A DNA stretch of 33,493 nucleotides from an uncultured Pseudomonadota bacterium. Its GTDB lineage: Bacteria; Myxococcota_A; UBA9042; CAIXZC01. The stretch covers positions 1 through 33,493 of the forward strand of contig CALGBT010000574.1 of assembly GCA_937884235.1 (NCBI GenBank). Reading direction: 5' to 3'. A model generated the notes under the pieces. That model worked only from the letters and a program-made list of their open reading frames with translations. It had not been told where the DNA came from and searched no databases. Positions within the stretch are counted from its first letter, which is position 1; each line of letters starts with the position of its first letter. This document shows, piece by piece, positions 7,699-17,430 of the stretch. The translations under genes and the position numbers were made by a program.

Positions 7699-9414
7699 CT
7701 ACCGGTGAGTGGCCAGCACCCCCACCACCTGGTCCTGGATGCGGCGCATGCGGTAGGCTGATGTTTTGGTTTCAGCCATCAGAATGGCGAAGACGACGTA
7801 GCCGCCACCTCGTCGCTCGATGTAGCCGGCGACACTGGAGTGGTAGTCGAGGGTCCCGGTTTTGGCACGCACTGGTCGTTTGACGTTCTTCATGCGGTCC
7901 ATGAGAGTTCCGCTCTTGCCGCCCAGCGGCAGAGCCAACATGTACAACTCACCCCACTCCTTCTGGTTGGCCACTTCGATGAGCAGCCGCACCACCTGAC
8001 CGGCAGATACCCGATTGGCATCGAAGAGACCGGAGCCGTTTTCCAGTTGCAGGCAGCGGTGGTTGAGATGGAAACGGGCGAGGCTCTGGCGGATCACGCG
8101 CAGGCCGCACTTAAACGTCAAGGGGGCACAGCGACCCTCGCCCATGAGCTTGGCAAACTGCTCAGCCACGAAGTTCTTGCTCCACCTCTGCATCCGCCGA
8201 AGATCGGTCTGCAGAGGATCAGAAGCCAGCGTTGCGATGGGCTTCGCCCCCGCCGGTGCGACCTTGGCGATGAGAGTCTTCTGGCGCACCTCGATGCCGC
8301 GGCTACGCAACATATCTCGGGCGAAGCAGGCGGTGAACTGGTCGGGTTGGGGGATGGCCTTGCGTACCAAGACGCCGTTGCTGCTCTTCATGGGAATCTG
8401 GCCGGTGACCTGGACAACAACGTTGCCGCCGGATTCCCGCACCGAGACGGCCAGCTGCTTCTTCTCTTCCACGGTCTCAACGGTGAGAGCGCGGGAATCG
8501 ATCATCACACATGAACTGAACGGTTCCACGGTGACTCGCGGCACCGCATCCGGGTAGTCGCCGGGGAAGATGCGGACGTTGAGATTGCCATCGCACATAC
8601 CCAGGGCGCCGATTTTGGGGCGCCAGTGAGCATCGGATTGCTTCTCTTCGTAGTGTGGCGGCAGAATCTGGTCATCGAAAAAGGTCACATCGTAAAACAG
8701 TTGTTCGACGCAGGTTATGCCCTTGCTCTTGACCGCGTCCACGAGCTTCTTCACGTCCCCTTCGCAGAGTCCGGGGTCCCCGCCCCCCACCAGATAGAGG
8801 TCTGGACACTCCCCCTCCCCCGCAACTACTTCAGTATGCCAGCGGTGGTCGGGGCCAAATCGGGCCAACGCGGCGGCCGCGGTAAAGAGCTTGCTGACGG
8901 AGGCCGGATTGACCTTCAAGTCGGCCTCACGCTGGTAGATCACAGTCCCTTCCGGGTAGGCAACAGCCAGCACCGAGAGCTTGCCGCCAGCCAGGTCTTT
9001 GTTGGCGAGAATCTTGTCTACCCTGCCCTGCAGCACCGGGGGGGCCTCGCCGGGGAAGAACTCCTGGCAGCCGAAGGTCCGCTCCAGGGGTGCGACTGGC
9101 CCCATGGGAACGGGCGGCTGCTCAGCCTGAGCAGGGGTAAGGGGTTCCTCGGGGACAGGTTGATCAGCCTGAGCGGGGACGGGGGAAGCAACCTTTTGAG
9201 AAGACCTCTCGGGAGCAATCTCCGGTGGCACATCCTCAGGTTCGACAACTTCCTCATCATCAATGGGCAAGGGTGGCAAAGGTACCGGCGTCCCTTGGGC
9301 GAAGACCGCCGCGCTGCAGACCAGGCAGAGCCCGGCCAGCCAAGCGGCCAACGCGGTACGCAATAGTCCTGCCATCGGTGTTTTGCATCGGTTCAGGGGC
9401 ATCTCCTCGGCCAA
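7699..9414 (-). CDS. dacB: D-Ala-D-Ala carboxypeptidase/endopeptidase (PBP4, peptidase S13)
   Basis: SxxK (PASVSK), GGGDP, SxN (WSKN), ENGSGL, KTG (AKTGTL); signal peptide then Pro/Glu-rich linker. True start may be ATG 9402 or 9375. Confidence 0.9.
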   Translation of the reverse strand: MAEEMPLNRCKTPMAGLLRTALAAWLAGLCLVCSAAVFAQGTPVPLPPLPIDDEEVVEPEDVPPEIAPERSSQKVASPVPAQADQPVPEEPLTPAQAEQPPVPMGPVAPLERTFGCQEFFPGEAPPVLQGRVDKILANKDLAGGKLSVLAVAYPEGTVIYQREADLKVNPASVSKLFTAAAALARFGPDHRWHTEVVAGEGECPDLYLVGGGDPGLCEGDVKKLVDAVKSKGITCVEQLFYDVTFFDDQILPPHYEEKQSDAHWRPKIGALGMCDGNLNVRIFPGDYPDAVPRVTVEPFSSCVMIDSRALTVETVEEKKQLAVSVRESGGNVVVQVTGQIPMKSSNGVLVRKAIPQPDQFTACFARDMLRSRGIEVRQKTLIAKVAPAGAKPIATLASDPLQTDLRRMQRWSKNFVAEQFAKLMGEGRCAPLTFKCGLRVIRQSLARFHLNHRCLQLENGSGLFDANRVSAGQVVRLLIEVANQKEWGELYMLALPLGGKSGTLMDRMKNVKRPVRAKTGTLDYHSSVAGYIERRGGGYVVFAILMAETKTSAYRMRRIQDQVVGVLATHR

Positions 9415-11298
9415 CTACTTGTCCTTGGTTTGACGTTCTTCCGCAACACTCTGGTCAATGCGCCCAAAGGCCTCTTTCAGCCACTCCAGGTCCTCTTCAC
9501 CCAGGTCTGGGTGTTTCCGCTCCCGGAGCTGCCTGGCCTTCTCAGCATGCTCATGCGAAACGTAGAAGAAATAGAGCCACGCAATAAGGCGACGACTCCC
9601 CGGCATCCTGGCCAGTCGCTCCTCCAGGAGCTGCTCAGTTTCATCCCAGTACTTCCAGGAAGAGAGAGTTTGTGCCACCTGGTAAACGCGGCGGGGCCAC
9701 TGCTTGCCCAGTTCATCAACAGTTTCCTGTGCCGTAAGTGCGCCCTGGCCACCGGTCTTCTCCAGGGCGAAGCGAGCCAAGGCCAGATCAACCAGGACCT
9801 GAGAATCTTTGGGGTCTCGCTCTCGCAGGCGCATGAGCACTTTTTCGGCAGCGGCAAAGTCACGGGCATCCATGAGCCGTTGCCCGGATAGATTGAGCAA
9901 CTCCACATTGTCCGGGTGGGCGACGAGGGCTGCGGCAAGCCGCTCCCGGGCATCGTCTTCCCCGCCAACGGCTCCGGCCAGCTGCACTGCCATGAGTGCC
10001 AGATCGGCCCGTTGGCGTTCCTTGTAAAGCGTATCCAGCAGGGTCATGGCCTCCTCGCCTTTGCTCTCTGCCAGAAGTAAATCAACCAGGGTGGCAACAT
10101 GTTCCCGGGCAGGGTTGTGAGCGACCTCCAGCCGTAAGGCAGCGATGGCCCCGGGGATGTCTTCTTTCTGCCGTCGCGTTAGCGCCACAACGGCCCAGAG
10201 ACCGGGGAGGTCAGGATTGTCTTCTTGTAGGGTCTTGAGAATCGCGGCGGCCTGGTCACTGCGCCCCAGCAGACCCAGGGTCCGGGCCTTGCCGAGACGC
10301 CCAAAGGTGCTTTCCGGGGCGACCCGCAGGAGACTCTCGTAGGCATCGAGGGCATCGGCGGGGAGCCCTGTTGCGAGGAGCGCATCCCCCAGTAAAAGAT
10401 AGCCGTCCACCGCGGCCCCTGATTGCAATGCCGAGCGCATGTCCTCAATACCAAATTCTGCTGCGTTGTTGCGCACTTTGGCGGCCCCCTGCTGCAGCAG
10501 GACATCCGGGTCATCGTGCAACTCACGGGCCACCGAGAAGAGCCGATAGGTCACCTTGGCTTGCACCGACAGCTGGCCACTGGCGGCAATGAAGTGCGCC
10601 GTAAAGCGCGGAGGCGTAAGACATTGCCAGACAATCCCCGTCGCGGTCTGAGGCAGGGGCGAGTAAACAAGGTTGCGCTGTCCATCGCAGAGCCCATAGC
10701 TGCGTTGCCAGAACGGCTCTGCCGCCAGCACCGGTTCCGGCAGGCAGGGTACCAGATCAAGTTGGGCCGCCTGCGCCGCACCCCAGGCCAGAGCTACTGC
10801 TTCTAGCGGAACGATCTGTAGCTCGCGACCCTCCAGGATTCCCGCCGCGGAGCGAAGACCATCGGGTGGTGCCTGCGGCTGATAGAGAGTACCGTGCTCC
10901 TTGATGACTGCGCCCAGGCGGATGGCCAGCTCAGCCGCGCTCGGAGCGGCGGTCAGGGTGGCGGGCAGGGCCAGGTTATCGGGTACTGGACAGGTGACCC
11001 GCTTCACCGAACAGAAGGAAGCCAGTGGGGCCTCGTTCCCGGTGGTCCCGGTGAGCCACTCCGGCTGTACCTGCCAGAGCACAACCCCCAGGACCACCAC
11101 GGCAACCCCCATGCTCAAGAGCAGCCAGGTAAGCCCGCTCAGGCGCGGCAGCCGCAGGCGGCGAACCTGCGGCACAGCGGTGGGAACCGCCACAACCCCG
11201 ACGCGCCGCAGGCAATGCGGACAGCGCGGAGCCTGGTTCGACAAAGCGTCGAATTCCTGGTTGCAAAGAGTACAGACATGCCGGGTGGGGCTCGTCAT
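9415..11298 (-). CDS. Zinc-ribbon + single TM + TPR-repeat protein
   Basis: CTLC...CPHC at the N-terminus, hydrophobic helix LTWLLLSMGVAVVVLGVVLW, C-terminal TPR-like repeats (LLLGDALLATGLPADALDAYESLLRVAP). Confidence 0.8.
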   Translation of the reverse strand: MTSPTRHVCTLCNQEFDALSNQAPRCPHCLRRVGVVAVPTAVPQVRRLRLPRLSGLTWLLLSMGVAVVVLGVVLWQVQPEWLTGTTGNEAPLASFCSVKRVTCPVPDNLALPATLTAAPSAAELAIRLGAVIKEHGTLYQPQAPPDGLRSAAGILEGRELQIVPLEAVALAWGAAQAAQLDLVPCLPEPVLAAEPFWQRSYGLCDGQRNLVYSPLPQTATGIVWQCLTPPRFTAHFIAASGQLSVQAKVTYRLFSVARELHDDPDVLLQQGAAKVRNNAAEFGIEDMRSALQSGAAVDGYLLLGDALLATGLPADALDAYESLLRVAPESTFGRLGKARTLGLLGRSDQAAAILKTLQEDNPDLPGLWAVVALTRRQKEDIPGAIAALRLEVAHNPAREHVATLVDLLLAESKGEEAMTLLDTLYKERQRADLALMAVQLAGAVGGEDDARERLAAALVAHPDNVELLNLSGQRLMDARDFAAAEKVLMRLRERDPKDSQVLVDLALARFALEKTGGQGALTAQETVDELGKQWPRRVYQVAQTLSSWKYWDETEQLLEERLARMPGSRRLIAWLYFFYVSHEHAEKARQLRERKHPDLGEEDLEWLKEAFGRIDQSVAEERQTKDK

Positions 11299-11300
11299 AG

Positions 11301-13463
11301 CTATCGGGGCTGAAACTCAATAAGCTCGAGCTGATATAGCACAAGCAAAGTGTGATAGAGGCTCGCCTTCAGCTCGTCGGTACTACACTCTCTCAGGACT
11401 TTCCCGAAGCTTCCGGCCCGCTGAACCTGGGCGAAGAGCCGCTGCTCCTTGGAATTCAGGGGCAATGACTGGATGGAAACATACTCGTTCCGCTTCTCTT
11501 TGACCGTGGACCCTTCGTGCTGCTTGAAGAGTTTCTCCAAGTCTGCAGCGGTGGAGAACTTTCGCACCCCTTCGAGCACGTAGCGGAAGACATTGGCATC
11601 CGAGGGAGCCATGTCAATGGGACAGGGTACCCCTTCGTAGAACTCGTACCGCCCTTGCGTCCATGAGAAGACCTGGAGGAACTTCTCACGGAACTGCTGA
11701 TCGAGGAGCCAGTAGAGCTCATGTGGTTTGACAAATCCCATGGAAACAAGAGCATCACCGAGACGGCCGCCAAATTCGCCGGCCCGGGAGAGAGCCTCCT
11801 CCATCTGCTCCTCGGTCACCACCTGCCGGTGGAGGAGGAAGGAGCCGAGTAGTTCCTGCTTCAGGTTGGACGCAATGTGGCGCGGTTTGCCATTGCGGAA
11901 ATAGAACTCCTTCTGGGCGGAACTCATGGTGAAGCGGAGCTTCCCAGAGAGAGAGCGGCTGGACACCTGATAGAATACGCGGACCATTCCGGTACGGGAG
12001 ATGGTACCGGAATATATGGGGGTAACGCCCTTACTCTTGAGGGCCTCATTGGGCGAGAATTTGCGAACGCCGGTAATCTCCCGGACTCGCTGCCAGTCAC
12101 CGCCATCCACGGAGACGAACTCCTCCTCGGAGACGGCTCCGGTCTGCAGCAGATTGACCAGATTGTCAAAGTCAACTGGTCCGAAAACGTAACCGGAGGT
12201 ATTGCGCAGCTTGAACTCATGCCCCTTTAGAGACTCGGACACAGGGGAGTGCTCTTCACCAAACTTGGGAGAGGCGTATTCGCCAAAATCATCTGAACCC
12301 GCCGAGCCACTTGTGAGCGGCGTGACGGTCTCGGCTTGAGCCGTCTCCTCCTGAGGGGGATGAGGTTTGGGGGCTACTGCGGCGCGCCCCTGCCCAACCA
12401 TCTCTTCCATGCGACGAGCTTCTTCCACAGCAGACTTTGGCACCCCTGGGGAGGTTGATGGACGACGTGCAATATCATTGGTGAGTTCAGTGTCAACCAA
12501 CTCTTCGGTGGTCTCTTTGATCAGGGCGGAATTCTGCGCCTCTTCGCCAAAGACACTCTTCATGTAGTCTTCGACCTGCGCGTTATTGACCCGGACCTTC
12601 AGTTCGTAGAGGTACTCCACCAGATCCTCGTGAAACTCCATGGCGGTGCCATATCGTTGTTCTCGATCTGCGGCCAGGGCTTTTCGAAGAATGGTCCTAA
12701 GCTCTTCGCCAATGAAGGGATACTTTTCAAATTTCCGCTCGATACTGGCATCGCGAATATTGATCAGCGTCTCAAGGTCGGAACGGCCGAGGAAGAGCCT
12801 TTTGAGGGTCAGTGATTCAAAGAGCACAATACCCAGGGAGAAGATATCCGAGCGGTGGTCGATCTCCTCGCCCTTGACCTGTTCTGGGGACATGTACCCC
12901 AGTTTCCCCCGCAACACGTGCTTGGAGCCCTTGGTATCCTGAGTCCTGGCCTTGGCCACGCCAAAGTCCATGATCTTGACCGAGCCCCCCCAGGAGACGA
13001 TGATATTTGAAGGGGAGACGTCGCGGTGGATGATGTTGAGAGTATTGCCGTAGATGTCCCGTGCCCGGTGCGCATAGTCCAAGCCCTTGCAGACTTCGGC
13101 GGCAAAGAAGCAGGACATGGTCTGATTGGGCTCGGCCTTGTCCTCAGCCAGCCGCGCCAGGATCTTGAGGAGGTCCTTCCCGTCCACCAACTCCATGGCG
13201 ATGTAGTACTGGTTGTCAATGTGGTCAAGTTCAAAGATCTGGACAACATTGGGATGCTGGAGCACTGAGGTCAGTTTGGCCTCGTCCACGAGCATCTTGA
13301 TGAAAGAGACATTACGGGCATATCCGGGCAGAATCTTCTTAACGACAACTATCTTCTCAAACCCTTCGATGCCGGTAAGGCGGGCCTTGTAGACTTCGGC
13401 CATACCTCCGGCGCCGATCTTCTGAAGTAGTTCGTACTTGCCGAGTACTTGAAGGGGCTTCAT
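11301..13463 (-). CDS. Hanks-type Ser/Thr protein kinase with GYF-like and DUF4388/MshEN-like C-terminal region
   Basis: GAGGMAEVY, VVVKK, HRDVSPSN, DFG, GKLGYMSPE, SDIFSLG all intact; no TM helix evident; tail with LSGKLRF..KEFYFRNG and FSWTQGRYEF. Confidence 0.92.
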   Translation of the reverse strand: MKPLQVLGKYELLQKIGAGGMAEVYKARLTGIEGFEKIVVVKKILPGYARNVSFIKMLVDEAKLTSVLQHPNVVQIFELDHIDNQYYIAMELVDGKDLLKILARLAEDKAEPNQTMSCFFAAEVCKGLDYAHRARDIYGNTLNIIHRDVSPSNIIVSWGGSVKIMDFGVAKARTQDTKGSKHVLRGKLGYMSPEQVKGEEIDHRSDIFSLGIVLFESLTLKRLFLGRSDLETLINIRDASIERKFEKYPFIGEELRTILRKALAADREQRYGTAMEFHEDLVEYLYELKVRVNNAQVEDYMKSVFGEEAQNSALIKETTEELVDTELTNDIARRPSTSPGVPKSAVEEARRMEEMVGQGRAAVAPKPHPPQEETAQAETVTPLTSGSAGSDDFGEYASPKFGEEHSPVSESLKGHEFKLRNTSGYVFGPVDFDNLVNLLQTGAVSEEEFVSVDGGDWQRVREITGVRKFSPNEALKSKGVTPIYSGTISRTGMVRVFYQVSSRSLSGKLRFTMSSAQKEFYFRNGKPRHIASNLKQELLGSFLLHRQVVTEEQMEEALSRAGEFGGRLGDALVSMGFVKPHELYWLLDQQFREKFLQVFSWTQGRYEFYEGVPCPIDMAPSDANVFRYVLEGVRKFSTAADLEKLFKQHEGSTVKEKRNEYVSIQSLPLNSKEQRLFAQVQRAGSFGKVLRECSTDELKASLYHTLLVLYQLELIEFQPR

Positions 13464-13687
13464 TCCAGCTCGCTCTCCGGCAGACTACGCATCAACATCA
13501 AGGCACGTTCACAAATTCTGGTCTGGCCCGCGGACCGCTGCTCCAATTCGCGGGATCGGCTGACACAAATTAACGAAGTTTCACCGTGTCTGGCACAGGC
13601 CTTATCTGCCAGCGTCTGGCACGCGTCAGTACACCCTACCGCCCCCGATGTTAGCAGAAGTAACGTGGCGACAACAAGCTTGATCAT
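13460..13687 (-). CDS. Small Cys-containing lipoprotein
   Basis: Signal peptide with lipobox AVGC, four more Cys; ATGA overlaps with both neighbours; AGGAG RBS. Confidence 0.75.
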   Translation of the reverse strand: MIKLVVATLLLLTSGAVGCTDACQTLADKACARHGETSLICVSRSRELEQRSAGQTRICERALMLMRSLPESELE

Positions 13688-14472
13688 TCGCTCTCCTCGA
13701 TTCTCGCCACAACAACAGTCACGTTATCAAGGCCACCGCCGTCCAGAGCCATATCCACCAAACGCCGAGCGATGGCCTCAGGTTCCTCCTCACCCGCAAA
13801 CGCTGCCGCGATATCAGCCTCCTCCACCAGGTCAGACAAACCATCGGAACAGAGCATAATCAGGTCGCCATCTCGGGCAGACTTCATGGCAGTATCAACC
13901 TCAACCTTCTCTTGCAGCCCCAAAGCTCGGACGATTACGTTCTTCAAGGGAAAGGAGGCCGCGTCTTCCGGCCGCAGGAAGTTCATCCGGAGATACTCAT
14001 TGAGGAGCGAATGATCTTCGGTGAGTTGCTGCAACTGACCCCGGCGGAAGCGATAGATCCTCGAATCACCGACATGACCCACGAAGAGGCTGTGCTCAGA
14101 GACCAGGGAGGCAACGATGGTGGTACCCATATTCTCATACTGGGGGTTGCGCTCCGCGGCCACGTAAATGGCCACATTGGCTTCCTCCACGGCCCGTTGC
14201 AGTTTGTATTGCTCAAAGGGGTGATTGCGAGGTACCAGAGAAGCCCGTTTGGCCCGCGTGAATTGCTGCCGGAGCAACCGATTAAGCTCCTCGCTCTCGT
14301 AGAACTGACGCATCGTTTTGACCGCAATAGCAGAGGCCAATTCGCCATACTCATGGCCAGCCATCCCATCGGCAATGACGACGAGTCCACGGTGGCCCAG
14401 CAGCAGATGAGCATCTTCGTTGTTGGTACGAACATAGCCCGGGTGTGTCTCTGCGTGGGTAAGCAGTCTCAT
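13684..14472 (-). CDS. PP2C-family Ser/Thr phosphatase (Stp1/PrpC-like)
   Basis: RTNNED, IADGMAG, MGTT, HVGDSRIY, LTEDHS, LCSDGL, GGLDNVT. Confidence 0.93.
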   Translation of the reverse strand: MRLLTHAETHPGYVRTNNEDAHLLLGHRGLVVIADGMAGHEYGELASAIAVKTMRQFYESEELNRLLRQQFTRAKRASLVPRNHPFEQYKLQRAVEEANVAIYVAAERNPQYENMGTTIVASLVSEHSLFVGHVGDSRIYRFRRGQLQQLTEDHSLLNEYLRMNFLRPEDAASFPLKNVIVRALGLQEKVEVDTAMKSARDGDLIMLCSDGLSDLVEEADIAAAFAGEEEPEAIARRLVDMALDGGGLDNVTVVVARIEESE

Positions 14473-14517
14473 GGCTCGTTAGTCTATCACCGCGGGAGGG
14501 CTAATTCCATCACAAAG

Positions 14518-14547
14518 TTGACCGGCAATCGGCCCTTGACGTATACT
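14518..14547 (+). promoter_or_regulatory. Putative sigma-70 promoter of the radical SAM gene
   Basis: TTGACC-N18-TATACT, 19 nt upstream of ATG 14567. Confidence 0.55.
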
Positions 14548-14566
14548 CGCAACCGGAGTTTCTACC

Positions 14567-15493
14567 ATGATTAACATGGAACGGATCCGGCGTCGTTCAA
14601 GAGCGCTAACTGCGGGATTGCCCCAGTGTCTGCAAACGGGGGATGTCGCGGCCTTCAACGTCATCTCGGGCTGCGCCTTCGAATGCCACTACTGCAAATA
14701 TAGGGCCCGCGGCCGAACCCCGCCTGACAAGGTGGTCTTCTACACCCACATCGCCAGTCAACTGGCCGAGGAATTGGATGAGCTTGCGGGCCGCCGGCAG
14801 CTGCCCCGAATGGTACTCTTCAACACCATCTCCGATGCCTTTTTTGGTGATACCAAGGTGGCCGAGGTGGCCCGCGATAGCCTCGCCCATCTCTTCGCCC
14901 ATAAGATCTACGTCAATCTCTCCACCAAGGGCCTGCTGCCACGCCTCCTCTACGATATCGTCGCCCAGAACGCCTCGCTGATCACCGTTACCGGCTCCAT
15001 CGCCGCCCTCAGCGAGAGCTTCCAGCGACTCTTCGAACCCCGCGTTGCAAGTGCGGAAGAACGTCTTGCCCGGCTGCGAGAGCTACATGAACTGCGAGTC
15101 CCCGTCCGGGGCAGGATAGAACCCCTCATTCCCATGGAGAATGACTCGGAAAAAGAGATTGAAACACTGCTCGGTCTTTTTCGCCGTGCGGGAGTCAGGG
15201 AGGTGGTCCTCGCCTATCTCCAACTCGACCGCCCCACCAGAGCGCGCCTGCGCCACAAGCTGGGCGAAGTGCAGATGTCAATGCTCATGCCCTGGTATCG
15301 CGAGCCCGGCGGTGAACCGACGATGCTCGTCGACCGCAAGTACCGCGCCAGAAAATACCTGGAATTCAAAGCTATCGGCCAACGATTGGGGGTCAGAGTG
15401 GTAGTCTGCTCCTGCCGCAACGCAGACATCTACACGGGACGCTGCTTTGTGATGCCGGCCAGGCTGGAGAAGCCCGCCAGGTCGTTGCTGTAG
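14567..15493 (+). CDS. Radical SAM protein, spore-photoproduct-lyase-like family
   Basis: CxxxCxxC (GCAFECHYC), NTISDAF, LSTKG, FEPRVASAEERL, RIEPLIP. Confidence 0.8.
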   Translation: MINMERIRRRSRALTAGLPQCLQTGDVAAFNVISGCAFECHYCKYRARGRTPPDKVVFYTHIASQLAEELDELAGRRQLPRMVLFNTISDAFFGDTKVAEVARDSLAHLFAHKIYVNLSTKGLLPRLLYDIVAQNASLITVTGSIAALSESFQRLFEPRVASAEERLARLRELHELRVPVRGRIEPLIPMENDSEKEIETLLGLFRRAGVREVVLAYLQLDRPTRARLRHKLGEVQMSMLMPWYREPGGEPTMLVDRKYRARKYLEFKAIGQRLGVRVVVCSCRNADIYTGRCFVMPARLEKPARSLL

Positions 15494-15519
15494 GTGGCGC
15501 CGAGGTCCGCCTGGTGAAG

Positions 15520-16878
15520 CTAGAGAACGTACCTGGAAACGTCTTCGTCTTCGATGATATCTTTGAGCCTGGACTCAACTTCGGCGCGGTTGAAGACAAT
15601 GCGGCTGCCGGCAAGATCAGGCGCTTCGTATGAGAGCTCTTCCAGGAGCTTCTCCAGGATCGTGTGGAGCCGCCTGGCACCAATGTTCTCCATTCTCTCG
15701 TTGGCCATTACAGCCAGCTCGGCGAGGGCATCGATGGCATCATCGGCAAACTCCAATACCACTTGCTCAGTAAATAGCAGGGCGACGTACTGCTTGATGA
15801 GGGAGTTCTCCGGCTCCACCAGAATACGACGGAAATCTTCTGACTCCAGGGCCTTGAGTTCGACGCGAATGGGGAATCTCCCCTGCATCTCCGGAATAAG
15901 ATCGGAGGGCTTGGAGACGTGGAAAGCGCCGGCGGCCACGAAGAGGATGTGGTCGGTACGCACCGGTCCATACTTGGTAGCCACAGTCGTGCCTTCGATA
16001 ATGGGCAGCAGATCTCGCTGCACGCCTTCCCGGGAGATGTCGGGACCATGTCCGCCTTCACGGCCAGCGATCTTGTCCAGTTCGTCGATGAAGACGATAC
16101 CCGTCTGCTCAACCCGTTCACGGGCCTCATCCACAACCTTGTCCTGATCCACCAGGTTGCCCGCCTCTTCCTCCTCGATGAGCCGCAGGGCCTCCTTAAC
16201 TGTCACGTTCTTGTCCTTCTTCTTGCCCGGGAAGAGATTGCCGAACATGTTCTGCATGTTGAGCCCCATTTCCTCCATTCCGGCATTGGAGAAAACTGAC
16301 ATCATGGGCATTGAATTCTTCTGATCTACGGAGATCTCCAGTTTGCGATCATCGAGGAGCCCTTTACGGAGTTGTTCACGCAGCTTCTCCCGGCGCCGAT
16401 TGGCCGTCTCCACCGCGCTGCCATCTTCCACTTCCTCGAAGCTGGGTCGCACGTAGAGTTTGTCCAGGACACGGTTCTCTGCGTTGCGGCGGGCCACGGT
16501 ACGCACGCGCTCTTCTTCCTCCTTCTGCACCATTCCCACGCCAGTCTCCATGAGATCTCGAATCATGGAATCGACGTCCCGGCCGACATAGCCAACCTCA
16601 GTGAACTTGCTGGCTTCCAGCTTGATGAAGGGAAGATTGGCCAGCTTGGCCAGCCGGCGTGCGATCTCGGTTTTGCCGACTCCGGTGGGCCCGATCATGA
16701 TGATATTCTTGGGCATGATCTCTTCCTGTAGATCGCCCGGGACCATCTTGCGACGCCACCGATTGCGCAGCGCGATGGCAACTGCCTTCTTGGCATCTCC
16801 CTGACCGACAATAAAGCGATCAAGGTAGCCGACTATCTCTTTGGGCGTGAGGCTCGCCTCCATGAATGTGGTATCCAT
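15520..16878 (-). CDS. hslU: ATP-dependent protease ATPase subunit HslU
   Basis: [56 protein letters not shown]. Confidence 0.98.
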   Translation of the reverse strand: MDTTFMEASLTPKEIVGYLDRFIVGQGDAKKAVAIALRNRWRRKMVPGDLQEEIMPKNIIMIGPTGVGKTEIARRLAKLANLPFIKLEASKFTEVGYVGRDVDSMIRDLMETGVGMVQKEEEERVRTVARRNAENRVLDKLYVRPSFEEVEDGSAVETANRRREKLREQLRKGLLDDRKLEISVDQKNSMPMMSVFSNAGMEEMGLNMQNMFGNLFPGKKKDKNVTVKEALRLIEEEEAGNLVDQDKVVDEARERVEQTGIVFIDELDKIAGREGGHGPDISREGVQRDLLPIIEGTTVATKYGPVRTDHILFVAAGAFHVSKPSDLIPEMQGRFPIRVELKALESEDFRRILVEPENSLIKQYVALLFTEQVVLEFADDAIDALAELAVMANERMENIGARRLHTILEKLLEELSYEAPDLAGSRIVFNRAEVESRLKDIIEDEDVSRYVL

Positions 16879-16881
16879 CGT

Positions 16882-17430
16882 CTACTCCGTTTGCGCAAGG
16901 GTCTCAACGGTGAACTCACCGTTGGTATAGATACAAAGCTGAGCGGCTACTTCCATGGCTGCCCGGGCCAGAGCCTCGGTATCCATCTCGGTGTGTCGGG
17001 CCAGCGCCCGGGCCGCCGCCACTGCGTAGGGACCGCCGGAACCAATGGCCGCGATGCCTTCTTCGGGCTCCACGATGTCGCCGGTTCCGCTGATGAGCAG
17101 CAGATTCTCCTTGTCCGCCACCAGGAGCATCGCCTGGAGCTGTCGCAGAGCCTTGTCGGTGCGCCAATCCTTGGCCAGTTCCACCGCCGCCCGCATGAGG
17201 TTCCCACTGTAGTCCTTCAGCTTCTTCTCGAACCGCTCGAAGAGGGCAAAGGCATCTGCTGTCGAGCCGGCAAAACCTGTCAGTACCTGCCCATCATAGA
17301 TGCGGCGCACCTTGCGGGCGGACCCCTTCAGGACGGTGTCGCCCAGGGTCACCTGGCCATCCCCCACGAGGACCACCTGCCCTTTGCGACGGACACCTAG
17401 AACGGTTGTGCTTCTCACTCTACTCTTCAC
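16882..17430 (-). CDS. hslV: ATP-dependent protease peptidase subunit HslV
   Basis: STTVLGV (catalytic Thr), [32 protein letters not shown]; adjacent to hslU. Confidence 0.97.
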   Translation of the reverse strand: MKSRVRSTTVLGVRRKGQVVLVGDGQVTLGDTVLKGSARKVRRIYDGQVLTGFAGSTADAFALFERFEKKLKDYSGNLMRAAVELAKDWRTDKALRQLQAMLLVADKENLLLISGTGDIVEPEEGIAAIGSGGPYAVAAARALARHTEMDTEALARAAMEVAAQLCIYTNGEFTVETLAQTE

